Positions 29,890 to 39,795 of a DNA stretch of 64,000 nucleotides are shown one piece after another. Within the stretch, counting starts at the first letter, position 1, and each line of letters starts with the position of its first letter. This DNA is from Promethearchaeota archaeon. Its GTDB lineage: Archaea > Asgardarchaeota > Lokiarchaeia > Sigyniarchaeales > SOKP01. The position numbers and the translations under genes are program-made. The stretch spans positions 96,001-160,000 of the forward strand of contig JAHLWS010000078.1 in assembly GCA_019057795.1 (NCBI GenBank). Direction: 5' to 3'. The notes under the pieces were generated by a model, which was not told the DNA's origin, did no database searches, and was given only the letters and a program-made list of their open reading frames with translations.

Positions 29890-31098
29890 ATGAAAGCTAT
29901 AGAATTAAGAGCAAAATGGGATCCTAAACCAGATTTCAAACTTGGTTTAAAGGATAATGATGGAAAGCTTACTTATCTCGGTTCTCAAGTTTGGAGAGGT
30001 CCACATATAAGTGTTGTGGATAAGGAAAAGCCAAAGATTCTTCCAAATGAAGTGCTTATCAGAGTAAAACGCTGTGGAATTCTTTAAAGATTTGTTTTAA
30101 AGAACACAATATGCGGCTCTGATGTTCATATGAATCAGGCTTACGATGATGGGTATATCTATTATCCTGGGCTAACAGCATTTCCAGTAACCCTCGGACA
30201 TGAATTTGCAGGAGAAATTGTTGAAGTAGGATCTCAAGCAATAAGTAAAAGGACTGGGAAACATTATGAAATAGGAGAGCCTGTAACCGTAGAAGAAATG
30301 GCATGGTGTGGTGAATGCAAACCTTGTTGTGATGGATATCCGAATCATTGCGAACGATTACAAGAAATTGGTTTTTCTATAGATGGAGCGTTTGCCGAGT
30401 ACATAACGGTTCCAGCAAAACTTTGTTGGAGTTTAAAGAAATTAGAAAGAAATTACGATGATGTTTTTAAAATTGGTAGCTTGGTTGAACCAACTTCAGT
30501 TGCTTTCAATGCAGTTATTGAGAGAGGTGGAGGCATTCGTCCAGGAGAAAATGTTATAATCTTGGGGGCTGGACCAATTGGATTAGTCTCTACTAAAATA
30601 TTGAAGACCGCAGGAGCGGGGTTATGCATTGTTTCAGAACCTGAAGAACATCGAGCGTCGTTAGCTAAACAAATGGGAGCCGACTATGTTATTAATCCTC
30701 TTAAAGAAAACTTTGTAGAAAAAGTAAAAGAATATACCGACAATGAAGGTGCAGCGCTATATCTTGAAGCTACAGGATTGCCACAAGTAGTAACTGATGA
30801 CATTCAAAATGCTATTTGGGAATGCAAGGCGGTTAATAGTACCGTCGTAATAGTTGCAAGAGCGGAACAAAGAATGCCAGTGTGTGGAGAGTTTTTTCAA
30901 GTCAAAAGGGCTAGAATTGTAGGAGCTCAAGGGCACTCAGGACACGGAACTTTTTTCAACGTAATTAGTTCGATGGCAGCTGGTATGGATGTTACTCCGA
31001 TGATTACAAAAGAAATTTCTCTTGAAGAAGTCCCAGAAAACATAAAACTTTTACAAACTGATAGAAAAAATTGCAAAATCTCCGCAATTATAAACTAA
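29890..31098 (+). CDS. iolM: scyllo-inosose 3-dehydrogenase, interrupted by a 30-nt insertion
   Basis: The 79-aa and 322-aa ORFs share a frame; AKWDPKPDFKLG...LTYLGSQVWR and YYPGLTAFPVTLGHEF match Thermotoga IolM; removing 30 nt restores VKRCGICGSDVH and a 392-aa protein. Confidence 0.88.
30080..30109 (+). other. 30-nt hairpin insertion with in-frame TAA; candidate BHB-type mRNA intron
   Basis: TTCTTTAAAG-ATTTG-TTTTAAAGAA stem; TGTG/CACA pairing; AAT direct repeat makes the boundaries slide by a few nt. Confidence 0.55.
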
Positions 31099-31105
31099 TA
31101 TGGGA

Positions 31106-31918
31106 CTACAAAATCGATCTTAAATATTGCAAAGAGCTTTTCGCTACTTCTTCAAAAGAAGGCTTCATAATTGTTTCAATTGAAACAAATTCGCTATACC
31201 CTGCGTTTTTAAAAATACTTAGAAAAGTTTTAAAATCAAAATGCCCTGAACCGGGAGCTCTTCGAGTTGTATCTGCTAAGTGTACATGTCCGACATGACG
31301 GGCCACTTCTTTTAAATTCTCCCAAACATAGATAGGATCTTCTTCTAAATGCGTATGAAATGAATCAACTAGCAACTTTAAGTACTCTGATCCTATTTCT
31401 TCAATTAATTTTAATGATTGAGAAATCGTATTATAGGAATCTATTTCGAAACGATTAATAGGCTCAAACACGAGCATTACGTTATTGTCTTCAGCTAACT
31501 TACAACATTCTTTTAAGGAAGAAATAATGTTTAACCTTTCTTTATTTGGATTACTATTGTGTTTGAAACGACCTCTTATTAACCCTATTATGACTTTAGA
31601 TCGCGTTTCTCGAGCAAAATTAATGTATTTTTCAATTCTTTCTATCGCTTTTTCCCGATTAGACTTTTCAGTATCTCCAAAAGAATACCCATAACGTATA
31701 TATGTGCTCCCTGTGCCAAGAGCAGAGATTTTTAATTCGTAAGATTCCGCAATTTCCACAATTTTATCAACATCGATTTTTTCAGGTTCAAGAAGGCTTA
31801 ATTCTACCCCATCATACTGTAAAGGCGCTAGTAATTGGCATAACGACGAAAACTTTTTGATTATGCCCTCTTTGTTGCTTTTAGATTCGTTTAATCCGGC
31901 AACTATACTAAGCAACAT
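31106..31918 (-). CDS. iolO: 5-keto-L-gluconate epimerase (xylose-isomerase-like TIM barrel)
   Basis: ISALGTG, VIIGLIRG, EPINRFE, DSFH, HVHLADT.R.APGSG; adjacent to iolM/iolN. Confidence 0.78.
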   Translation of the reverse strand: MLLSIVAGLNESKSNKEGIIKKFSSLCQLLAPLQYDGVELSLLEPEKIDVDKIVEIAESYELKISALGTGSTYIRYGYSFGDTEKSNREKAIERIEKYINFARETRSKVIIGLIRGRFKHNSNPNKERLNIISSLKECCKLAEDNNVMLVFEPINRFEIDSYNTISQSLKLIEEIGSEYLKLLVDSFHTHLEEDPIYVWENLKEVARHVGHVHLADTTRRAPGSGHFDFKTFLSIFKNAGYSEFVSIETIMKPSFEEVAKSSLQYLRSIL

Positions 31919-32011
31919 ATACTTATCTAAATCTGTTATTATTAAAATATTTATCAGATGTGAATGACTAAAATTATTAATATAGAATTAATTTTTAGGT
32001 GAAAATAAAAA

Positions 32012-32065
32012 ATGGGAAAATGGAACCTTCCTCCATCTGGCGGACACAAATATATAAGAATTTAA
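32012..32065 (+). pseudogene. Orphan 5' end of iolN (MGKWNLPPSGGH)
   Basis: AGGTGA RBS, ATG at 32012; matches MTKWNLPP....GH of 33887-34867; similarity ends near 32048. Confidence 0.85.
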
Positions 32066-33726
32066 TTATTTATCCAATCTTTAAGTTTTTGTTCACATTC
32101 TCTTTTTAATTTAGGATTATACTTATTCTTCCTCCAATAACCCATTGGTGGTTTATCAATCCTAGATAATTTGCATAACTTATCAATATCCTTAGGTAAA
32201 ACTCCTAATATTTTGGCTATTCTATTTTGGGGGATCTCCCATATTATCTCTTCTATATTCTCTTTAGGAATATTGGCTAAATTTTCTCTATTCTGTTCTA
32301 ATATAGGAGATTTCTTAATAGCTATAGCAGCTATTCTTGCTCTTTTTATACTTTCCTCTAAAGGAGTAAGATAAATTCTTTTTCTTGGTAAAGAATCTTT
32401 ATAATTATCTAAAATTTTATTAAATAGTTGTACTCCTAAGAACAATCTATAAGCATTTACATTTTTATTATCTCTGGTTACTAGATTATCAATGTTAAAT
32501 TTTTCTTTAATTTGTTCAAGAAATTTTCGATTTCCCGATGTAATTTTTGAAGTTCCTTTAGTTCCATCACCATCAAAATAACCTAATAGGAAAGCTAGTT
32601 CTATTTCACGATTAGGAAGTATAGGGTATTCAATTTTAAGAGATTTGTTAGGAATACAACCATGACTATTTAAATCATCAAACATCCTTTTACTGCTAAT
32701 TCGTATACGCACATTATTGTCAATATATTCTTTCTTCTCTTTATTAGCTCCCGAAAAATCAACATACTTATCAATTAATATTTCATCTTTCAAATTTACT
32801 TTTAGAGTTACTTTTTTAGATTTAGTATCCTTTTTTATATAAATAGAGCCATCTGAATACATCACACCTAACCAATATCCTTTTTCTTTAGTATTTATTA
32901 ATTCAAAACAATTGTCAATTAAATTTGGATGTGCTACATTCTCTCTTAAAACTCGTCGCTTTTCTAACCCTAATTCCTTTTCTTTATCTAGAACATAGTG
33001 ATGATCAATCCATATACTTTTAATATTTTTAAATTTAGCTATATTACTAGCTGCTTTTGTAGTTAACATAAGCTGATCAATTATGTACATCTCAATAATT
33101 CTTTCCTTATTTATAATCTTAACACATTTTAATAATTCTTCCTTGTCTTTATCTAATAAATCTTGATTTGTTTTAATGAAATCAACAAATGCAGGTCTTA
33201 AAACAACTCCTTTATTTGCTTTTTGCTTTCTTTTTTCAAAATAATCATTAAAAAGAGATAATAGCTTTGGATGAAATAATGTATTTTCAAAATAATTTTT
33301 ATCTCTATCCTTCAAATATTTTAGTCTAATTCTATCCAACTGTTCTTTATATTCTATTCTGTTTTCATGAGGATTTTTATCAATTTCTAAACTGCAATCT
33401 GGAATAAAGGTTCTCTCATTATTTTCTTGCATTTCGAGGGAGGGAGTAAAACTTCGCTCTTCATTCTTGATATTGAAGTTTAACTTAGGTGTAAAAGTTA
33501 TATTCACAAAATCTTCAGATATTTCAGCAGAAGGATTGAAGCTAGTAGTTTCTTGTTTAAGATCTGGAGTAAAAAATCTTTCTTTATCCAATTTTGGTAT
33601 TTTTAAAGATGGAAAGAATATATTGTCTTCTTTAGATTTACCTTTGTAAATATCTGAATTATTCTCTTTAGATTTAACCTCTTTCCAACTCTTTCTGTTC
33701 TTATATTCATTACCATATTTGGACAT
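32062..33726 (-). CDS. Free-standing LAGLIDADG endonuclease with six F-x-P repeats in its leader
   Basis: YWLGVMYSDG and FLLGYFDGDG; FFP/FTP/FNP/FTP/FTP/FIP then RI...KDRDKNY; C-terminal HTH-like KPPMGYW. Confidence 0.88.
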   Translation of the reverse strand: MSKYGNEYKNRKSWKEVKSKENNSDIYKGKSKEDNIFFPSLKIPKLDKERFFTPDLKQETTSFNPSAEISEDFVNITFTPKLNFNIKNEERSFTPSLEMQENNERTFIPDCSLEIDKNPHENRIEYKEQLDRIRLKYLKDRDKNYFENTLFHPKLLSLFNDYFEKRKQKANKGVVLRPAFVDFIKTNQDLLDKDKEELLKCVKIINKERIIEMYIIDQLMLTTKAASNIAKFKNIKSIWIDHHYVLDKEKELGLEKRRVLRENVAHPNLIDNCFELINTKEKGYWLGVMYSDGSIYIKKDTKSKKVTLKVNLKDEILIDKYVDFSGANKEKKEYIDNNVRIRISSKRMFDDLNSHGCIPNKSLKIEYPILPNREIELAFLLGYFDGDGTKGTSKITSGNRKFLEQIKEKFNIDNLVTRDNKNVNAYRLFLGVQLFNKILDNYKDSLPRKRIYLTPLEESIKRARIAAIAIKKSPILEQNRENLANIPKENIEEIIWEIPQNRIAKILGVLPKDIDKLCKLSRIDKPPMGYWRKNKYNPKLKRECEQKLKDWINN

Positions 33727-33886
33727 AAAAACTTCCCGTATTTTTTTTAATTGTTGAGAAATTTATTATTATATTCCAGTAAAAAATTTGGAGTGATCTA
33801 AATTTTAAACTTAAAAATCATTATTTCAAATAGAAATAATTTGAAGAATTAATAGTATGATGAAAAAGAAAAATAGGTAAAATTAA

Positions 33887-34867
33887 ATGACAAAATGGAA
33901 TTTACCACCTGAATATAGTAAGTGCAGAGGACATATGGACTTACCGGATGGAATTTATCTCCAAAATATGAACATTTCTGAAATTCGAGAACGCGTAAAA
34001 AAAAATGACGTTATAATCATCCCAATCGGGTCTACTGAAAACCACGGTCCAGCAGCTTGTATAGGAGAAGATACATTTTTAGTAACGAGAATGGCTGAAA
34101 TAATAGCGCAAAAAACGGGTTGTACAGTTGCCCAACCAACTTGGTACGGTTCTCATCCATATCATCACGTTGGAATGCCTGGTACCATAATAGTTCCTGA
34201 AGAAACATTTAAGGGACTTTTGCGAGCTATAATGGCTGGTTGTTGGAACATGGGTTTTAGAAAAATGATCCTATTAAATGGTCATGGTCACGAGTATGTT
34301 ATCCCGAGCGCAATTCACGAGTGGGCCAAAAACTATCAATTACCTGCCGTAATTTGTAATGTTAACTGGTATCACGCAATTCCAGAATATTGTAAGGATA
34401 AAGAACACGGAGGCCCTTTTGAAACTCCTTTCGTTCATGCAGATGAAGCAGAAACCTCATTTTCAATGACACTCTTTCCAGAAATGATAAGAAAAATTGA
34501 TTCTAGCGAAGATAACGAAGTTGTTGGATGGATGCCTGATGGACATGTTGATAAAGCTGGAAATATCTATCAAAAACCAATCCGATGGTATGGACAAATA
34601 GGGTTTGGACCAATTGAACTTGCAGCATATCCTGAAGGGCATGTAGGATGTCCAAGTAAAGCAACTTTCGAGAAAGGCGAACCTGGTATGGAGGCTTTTT
34701 TAGATTACTTAGAGAAATTAGTCGTTGATATATTGAAGACTTTTCCACCAGGAAAATTACCCCCTACTGATCAAATTACGCAACGAGATCCGAAAGAAAT
34801 TGAACCGTATTTAAAAGGACCTTTAAATGGTGGAAAAAGTATTTATGAATTGAGATATCCACCTTAA
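33887..34867 (+). CDS. iolN: 3-dehydro-scyllo-inosose hydrolase (creatininase family)
   Basis: PIGSTENHG, EDT, NGHG, HADEAETS; similarity to Thermotoga IolN and gene context. Confidence 0.88.
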   Translation: MTKWNLPPEYSKCRGHMDLPDGIYLQNMNISEIRERVKKNDVIIIPIGSTENHGPAACIGEDTFLVTRMAEIIAQKTGCTVAQPTWYGSHPYHHVGMPGTIIVPEETFKGLLRAIMAGCWNMGFRKMILLNGHGHEYVIPSAIHEWAKNYQLPAVICNVNWYHAIPEYCKDKEHGGPFETPFVHADEAETSFSMTLFPEMIRKIDSSEDNEVVGWMPDGHVDKAGNIYQKPIRWYGQIGFGPIELAAYPEGHVGCPSKATFEKGEPGMEAFLDYLEKLVVDILKTFPPGKLPPTDQITQRDPKEIEPYLKGPLNGGKSIYELRYPP

Positions 34868-34982
34868 TTATTTTTTTTCTTATTCTATATATCCCAACCT
34901 TTTAGGATAATTTAAAATAATTATTTTATTTCATTGATTTTTAAAAAAAATTTAAAAGAAACTTAAAAAAAAAGTATATAAG

Positions 34983-35489
34983 TTAGAATTTGGACCCACA
35001 ATATGCGCAATATACGGCTTCATCCTTACTAATAGGCGTTCCACAGTTGGGACAAAATTTTGAATGTTCTTGAATAATAGCCTCTTCCGCCTTCTCAACT
35101 CGCATTGACTCAGCGTCTCCGGTTTGGGTGGAAAATTGACCTTTTAACCTACCTGAAGATTTCAAGTCTAAAATAATCGCTCGAATATCTCTGACTGAAA
35201 TGCCCGTGTTATTACTTATCTCTTCTACGGAAATATTGGGATTGTGTTCAAATTCATGCGATACAACATTTTTTAATTTACTACGATTAGTAAAGGCGGC
35301 AATTTGACTTACTAAAATAGCGGTTCCTATCCCAATCCAAAGAAAACTCATCCAGTTTACTCCACCAAATTGCCGAAAACCATCAACTAATCCGATAATA
35401 CCCCAGTAGAAAAATATGCCTGCGAATATTAAAGCACATATCGAGAAACCATTAATATATTGGTCTTTTTTATATTTCATCTCTATCAT
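34983..35489 (-). CDS. 2-TM, winged-helix and zinc-ribbon protein
   Basis: CPNC...CAYC; paralog of 35623-36108. Confidence 0.8.
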   Translation of the reverse strand: MIEMKYKKDQYINGFSICALIFAGIFFYWGIIGLVDGFRQFGGVNWMSFLWIGIGTAILVSQIAAFTNRSKLKNVVSHEFEHNPNISVEEISNNTGISVRDIRAIILDLKSSGRLKGQFSTQTGDAESMRVEKAEEAIIQEHSKFCPNCGTPISKDEAVYCAYCGSKF

Positions 35490-35622
35490 TTATAATTGAT
35501 TTTTAATTAAATAAAAATGCCATTAAATATATCTCTTCTATGGTCCAATTTTTAGAAACTATTGATTCAGATTTTAAAACTTATTAAAATAAAAAGTAAA
35601 ATAAAAATTTATATGTTATTTG

Positions 35623-36108
35623 TTAAACCTTTGCTCCACAGTAAGCACAATATAATGCAGATTCCTTCTTAATAGGTGTGCCACAATTTGCACAGTAGTT
35701 CCCTTTCGCTTGAGCCTCTGGTTGATTAGAAATTGTAACTTCCACATATTTTGCTTCGCCTGTTTTAGTCGAAAATTTCCCTCTTAACTCTCCCCTTGCT
35801 TTCAAGTCTAACACTATTGCTCGAACATCTTTAATCGTAATTCCAGTTTTTCTAGCAATTTCCTCAATTGAAGCGTTAGGATTTTGCTCAAATTCTTGTT
35901 TAACTACTGTTCTTAGTTTGCTTCTATTAGTAAGTTTATATATTTGGCTTGAGATTATGGATATTCCAATAGCAATTAAAATGAAGCCAAACCACCACCA
36001 GAACCCCCAATTAATTAAATTATTAAAACCCCAATACAAGAAAGCTCCTGCAATAATTAACCCGCAAATGCTAAATCCTTCATTGTATTCATTTCGTTCG
36101 TAATGCAT
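35623..36108 (-). CDS. 2-TM, winged-helix and zinc-ribbon protein
   Basis: Tandem paralog sharing TNRSKL, RAI.LDLK, CAYCG. Confidence 0.8.
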   Translation of the reverse strand: MHYERNEYNEGFSICGLIIAGAFLYWGFNNLINWGFWWWFGFILIAIGISIISSQIYKLTNRSKLRTVVKQEFEQNPNASIEEIARKTGITIKDVRAIVLDLKARGELRGKFSTKTGEAKYVEVTISNQPEAQAKGNYCANCGTPIKKESALYCAYCGAKV

Positions 36109-36278
36109 TTTTAATAATCACTTCTTCTTTATATGAAATAATTAGTTGAATGATATATATGAGTTAAAGAGACCAATATTTATATTATTTTTATATTAAT
36201 TACATTAATTATTTGGATTTGATTTTGATCTATTTGAATTACAAAAGATTTAGTTTATCTTGAGAATAGTTTAAAATT

Positions 36279-36635
36279 TTAAGGAGGAGTGACCGATCGG
36301 TTAATAATTTTAAAGATATCTTTCACGTCAACTTGGTCCTCAGTTAAAAGGATAATTAACTTTTCGAGAATTTTTATAGATAAAATATAATAATTATCAG
36401 AATGAATTATAGTAAAATCTGGACTGTGTAAACCTATACTCTCGGTTGTTTCCTCTGCTAATTCATATAATTGAGAAATATTTAAAGAAATAGAAGCTTT
36501 GTTAAACTCTTCCTCATTTATATAAGACTTTTTAATTACTCCATTTTCCGATGATATCAATATGAAATAAACTGCTGGCCCTAATTCGCTAACAAGTGAA
36601 TTTAAAATTAAATCTAAATCTATCAAAACAGTCAT
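36279..36635 (-). CDS. Roadblock/LC7-like protein
   Basis: 118 aa; helix, ILISSENGVI, helix, three strands, helix. Confidence 0.6.
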   Translation of the reverse strand: MTVLIDLDLILNSLVSELGPAVYFILISSENGVIKKSYINEEEFNKASISLNISQLYELAEETTESIGLHSPDFTIIHSDNYYILSIKILEKLIILLTEDQVDVKDIFKIINRSVTPP

Positions 36636-36777
36636 TTCTAAATAATTTATAAATCTTTATTTATAAATATGTTTGTGTGAAATTAATTACGAGTACGAAT
36701 GTCCCGTAAAGCTTGGAACTTAAAATTTTTTTGTAAAAAAAAAATATTTGATTTTTCAAACCTAAATAAGAACGCAA

Positions 36778-37578
36778 TTACATATCAAAATATTTATCAA
36801 CTAAGTGTTCAAAATTGCGAAATTGGCTTCTGTCTCCATTAAAATCCTCAACACAATAGCAATAATCGTCTAGAAACTCTTCAATTAATAACTCCATAAA
36901 TCTTTTAATATTTTTTGATTTTGTAAAGTCCTCAACTAAATACGCAAATATAACGTCCTCTTTAACCGTTAAAAGGAATTGCTGATTTTCGAAATTAATT
37001 GCTTGAAGGGTATCACCCGTATTTTTTCCAATAACCTCATTAGAAAAAGATAAAATAGCTGATATAAAACCCGATATCGTTATAAAATTATCTGCCAAAT
37101 ACTTTTTATCCTTTCTAATTTTCGTAAATAGCGAAAGACCTGCCTTGCTTATTACGAAAAGAGCTGAAAGTTCTTTAGCGCTAGGAATAGCATGCTTACA
37201 CAATTGATTGATTTCTGAAAATGTGGCGTTCGAACGATATGAATTAACTAATTGTTTTGAGAGCGAACAAAGGCCGTCGTATTTAATTAGCTTGCTTGTC
37301 TCACTAACATAGAATATAGAAATACTTTCATCTTCAATTGTATAAAAGTGAACATAAATTGTATAAGCCCCTAACAACTTTATTCTTTTCCCTTCCTTCT
37401 TTTCAAGAATTTCAGAACGATAGAATTTGATGAGTAATTTTATTAGAGAACGCTTTATTCCCTTACTAAAAATAATTGTATAACGCTTCTCAGTCATTGA
37501 GACTAATCCAACCCCCAATAGGTCCATTAAGCTTGGATGTTCCAATGTTTCCTGATAAACATTCTCTAGTACTAACAT
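36778..37578 (-). CDS. Longin-like domain protein
   Basis: LFVISKAGLSLF...ISGFISAILSFSNEV. Confidence 0.65.
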   Translation of the reverse strand: MLVLENVYQETLEHPSLMDLLGVGLVSMTEKRYTIIFSKGIKRSLIKLLIKFYRSEILEKKEGKRIKLLGAYTIYVHFYTIEDESISIFYVSETSKLIKYDGLCSLSKQLVNSYRSNATFSEINQLCKHAIPSAKELSALFVISKAGLSLFTKIRKDKKYLADNFITISGFISAILSFSNEVIGKNTGDTLQAINFENQQFLLTVKEDVIFAYLVEDFTKSKNIKRFMELLIEEFLDDYCYCVEDFNGDRSQFRNFEHLVDKYFDM

Positions 37579-37857
37579 TATTTATTTATTATACTTTTTT
37601 GTGGTAAAAAATCCCCTTAACAAAAAAAGTTGTGTGTATTATTTAACTTTAGAACACTTTAATATTTAAACATTTCGTTTTTGTTGTAAAAATATTTTAA
37701 TAAAACGATTAAAATTTTAATGAAAAATCAAATTTAAAGGGCAATTAGATTTAAATAATCTCTATTTTATTATATTTTTGATAAAATATTTTTTCATAAC
37801 AAAAATGTTAATAAAAAAATAAATTTTACCACAAATTTATAACAGTGTATAAAAAAT

Positions 37858-38154
37858 ATGTCTGATATAATGAAATTTGATATAGAACTTTATGTTAATC
37901 AGTTTAAAAATAAAAAATTCCTTATAAAACACTTGATTGATATCGAAAAAATAATTATTTCCTTCGAATATTCTAAATTCATCAATAGTGTGTACAATTT
38001 CTTTAATTCTAAAGTAGAAGCCTCAGAAGAAAGATTAAACGCTAAACACTACAACGATGCGGGAGAGATTATCGACCGTTTCTGGAAATTATTATTAAAC
38101 AACGATTCAATTGCCAGTTATCAATCAAATTTGAAAATAAAATTAAAAATCTAG
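37858..38154 (+). CDS. Hypothetical protein
   Basis: 98 aa ORF ending next to the tRNA. Confidence 0.55.
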   Translation: MSDIMKFDIELYVNQFKNKKFLIKHLIDIEKIIISFEYSKFINSVYNFFNSKVEASEERLNAKHYNDAGEIIDRFWKLLLNNDSIASYQSNLKIKLKI

Positions 38155-38258
38155 TGGGCCTGGCAGGATTCGAACCTGCGACTTTGGGTCAATGGAAGTT
38201 TCCATCTTGACATCCCAGTCCGAAGCCGGGTACCCTATCCAGACTAGATTACAGGCCC
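38155..38258 (-). tRNA. tRNA-Arg(TCG) with a 29-nt variable-loop intron (38183-38211, position 45/46)
   Basis: GGGCCTG/CAGGCCC, CCCGG-CTTCGGA-CTGGG, GCAGG-TTCGAAT-CCTGC; central helix TGGG/CCCA. Confidence 0.92.
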
Positions 38259-38344
38259 AATGTAAAAAAATTCAGATTATATTATTGTTTACGCATTATT
38301 TCTAAAAAATTTTGCATAGTTTTTATGCGCGTAAAAGCTATTTT

Positions 38345-38806
38345 TTAATCGATATCTTCTGTGAGATAATTCATATTAGTAAAAAAAGACTTTAAAATAT
38401 TTTTAATTTTAATTATTCCACTCATATACTCATCTGATCCCCTAATTTTGATTAATCCCCTCATGTAAGCATCTGCTACTTGAATCTTTCGCGTTATGAT
38501 TTTTCTCAAATTTTTTTTTGTAAGGATGAGGTGAATGACATTGATCTCTACTGAGTTCGGTTCGTAATACGAATTGTTATAAGTTAGAAAACCTTCGACT
38601 TTTTTTATCCATATGTTATAGTCAATGTCATAAATGTACACGTGGTATATTGTATCTTCGTACAACTTTAAATCTTCATGAATTTCTTTGGAATTATTGG
38701 CAATCGTAATTCCCAACTTAATTAACTCATCTAATGTAGATTTAAATTTATTCTCTGTCGATTCTAATGAGTTCAACATCATTAATATAGTATTTGAGTC
38801 AATCAT
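38345..38806 (-). CDS. SCP2 lipid-binding domain protein
   Basis: DAYMRGLIKIRG. Confidence 0.75.
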   Translation of the reverse strand: MIDSNTILMMLNSLESTENKFKSTLDELIKLGITIANNSKEIHEDLKLYEDTIYHVYIYDIDYNIWIKKVEGFLTYNNSYYEPNSVEINVIHLILTKKNLRKIITRKIQVADAYMRGLIKIRGSDEYMSGIIKIKNILKSFFTNMNYLTEDID

Positions 38807-38965
38807 AGCAAAATAACGTCTTTATACTTCATTCTTAAGAATTAATAAAATTCGTTTAATCTTATAATAAATCTACGAACAAAATATGAATGTCTTATTT
38901 AAAATTTTATATAATATAACGATGATAAAAAGGATATTACGATTATTTAAATCCAATTTTTCTGT

Positions 38966-39412
38966 TTAAATACTTGTTAAATAATTTAATCCATTTTTTT
39001 TGCTTAAATATTTAAAAAATGTTCGAAAAAGCTTAATATATCTCAAACCTTGAGAGAGAGAACCTTCTACTTTAATTTTTCCCTTCATAAACGCATCCGC
39101 GCCGCCTATTTCGTCCTTTAGAATCTTAATAAATAAATCTTTACTAAAAACCATTTTAAATAACGCCTGAGGATTAACCCCCTTCTCGTAGTGAAGTTTA
39201 CCGTGCGAAACTTCGAGCCAATAGCTTAAGTTCACATCAAATATGCATGTTTGGTATATGTCATCAAAACCTATTAATTCCTCCTTGAGTTCTTCAGTAT
39301 TATTCATGATAGATACTCCCGCCTTAATGATTTTATCCAAAATATATTCAAATTTCTTGCCGTTTTTACTCAATTCTTCCAATATTAAATTAAGCGGGTT
39401 TTGACTGGCCAA
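38966..39412 (-). CDS. SCP2 lipid-binding domain protein
   Basis: DAFMKGKIKVEGSL. Confidence 0.82.
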   Translation of the reverse strand: MASQNPLNLILEELSKNGKKFEYILDKIIKAGVSIMNNTEELKEELIGFDDIYQTCIFDVNLSYWLEVSHGKLHYEKGVNPQALFKMVFSKDLFIKILKDEIGGADAFMKGKIKVEGSLSQGLRYIKLFRTFFKYLSKKNGLNYLTSI

Positions 39413-39688
39413 AAAGTTACATATCCTATTAAATTTTTTTTCTAAAATTCCTTATACCTATAATTAAAAAGATATAACTCCTATTTATGTGTTTTTCTTC
39501 AAAAAATTACGCCTAAACCAATAGTTTAATATTAAAATTCTATTGATTAAAGAATTAAATTTAAAGTTGAAAATTCGTCTCCTTTAATTCTTTTCGGTTA
39601 AGTACATCGAATGTTTTAATTTTAAAATAAAATTTTTATATTTGGAATTATTTCAATTGTTATATCAAAACTATTTTTTATTAAAAAA

Positions 39689-39795
39689 GCCCATATAGTG
39701 TAGTACGGTTAGCATTAGGGACTGTCACTCCTTCGACCCGGGTTCAACTACGCGTGTGAAAACCATACGCGATGAAACTCCCGGTGTGGGCGCCA
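39689..39795 (+). tRNA. tRNA-Asp(GTC) with a 30-nt T-loop intron (39749-39778, position 59/60) and encoded CCA
   Basis: GCCCATA/TGTGGGC acceptor, CTGTCAC loop, CCGGG/CCCGG; TTCA/TGAA central helix. Confidence 0.93.
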
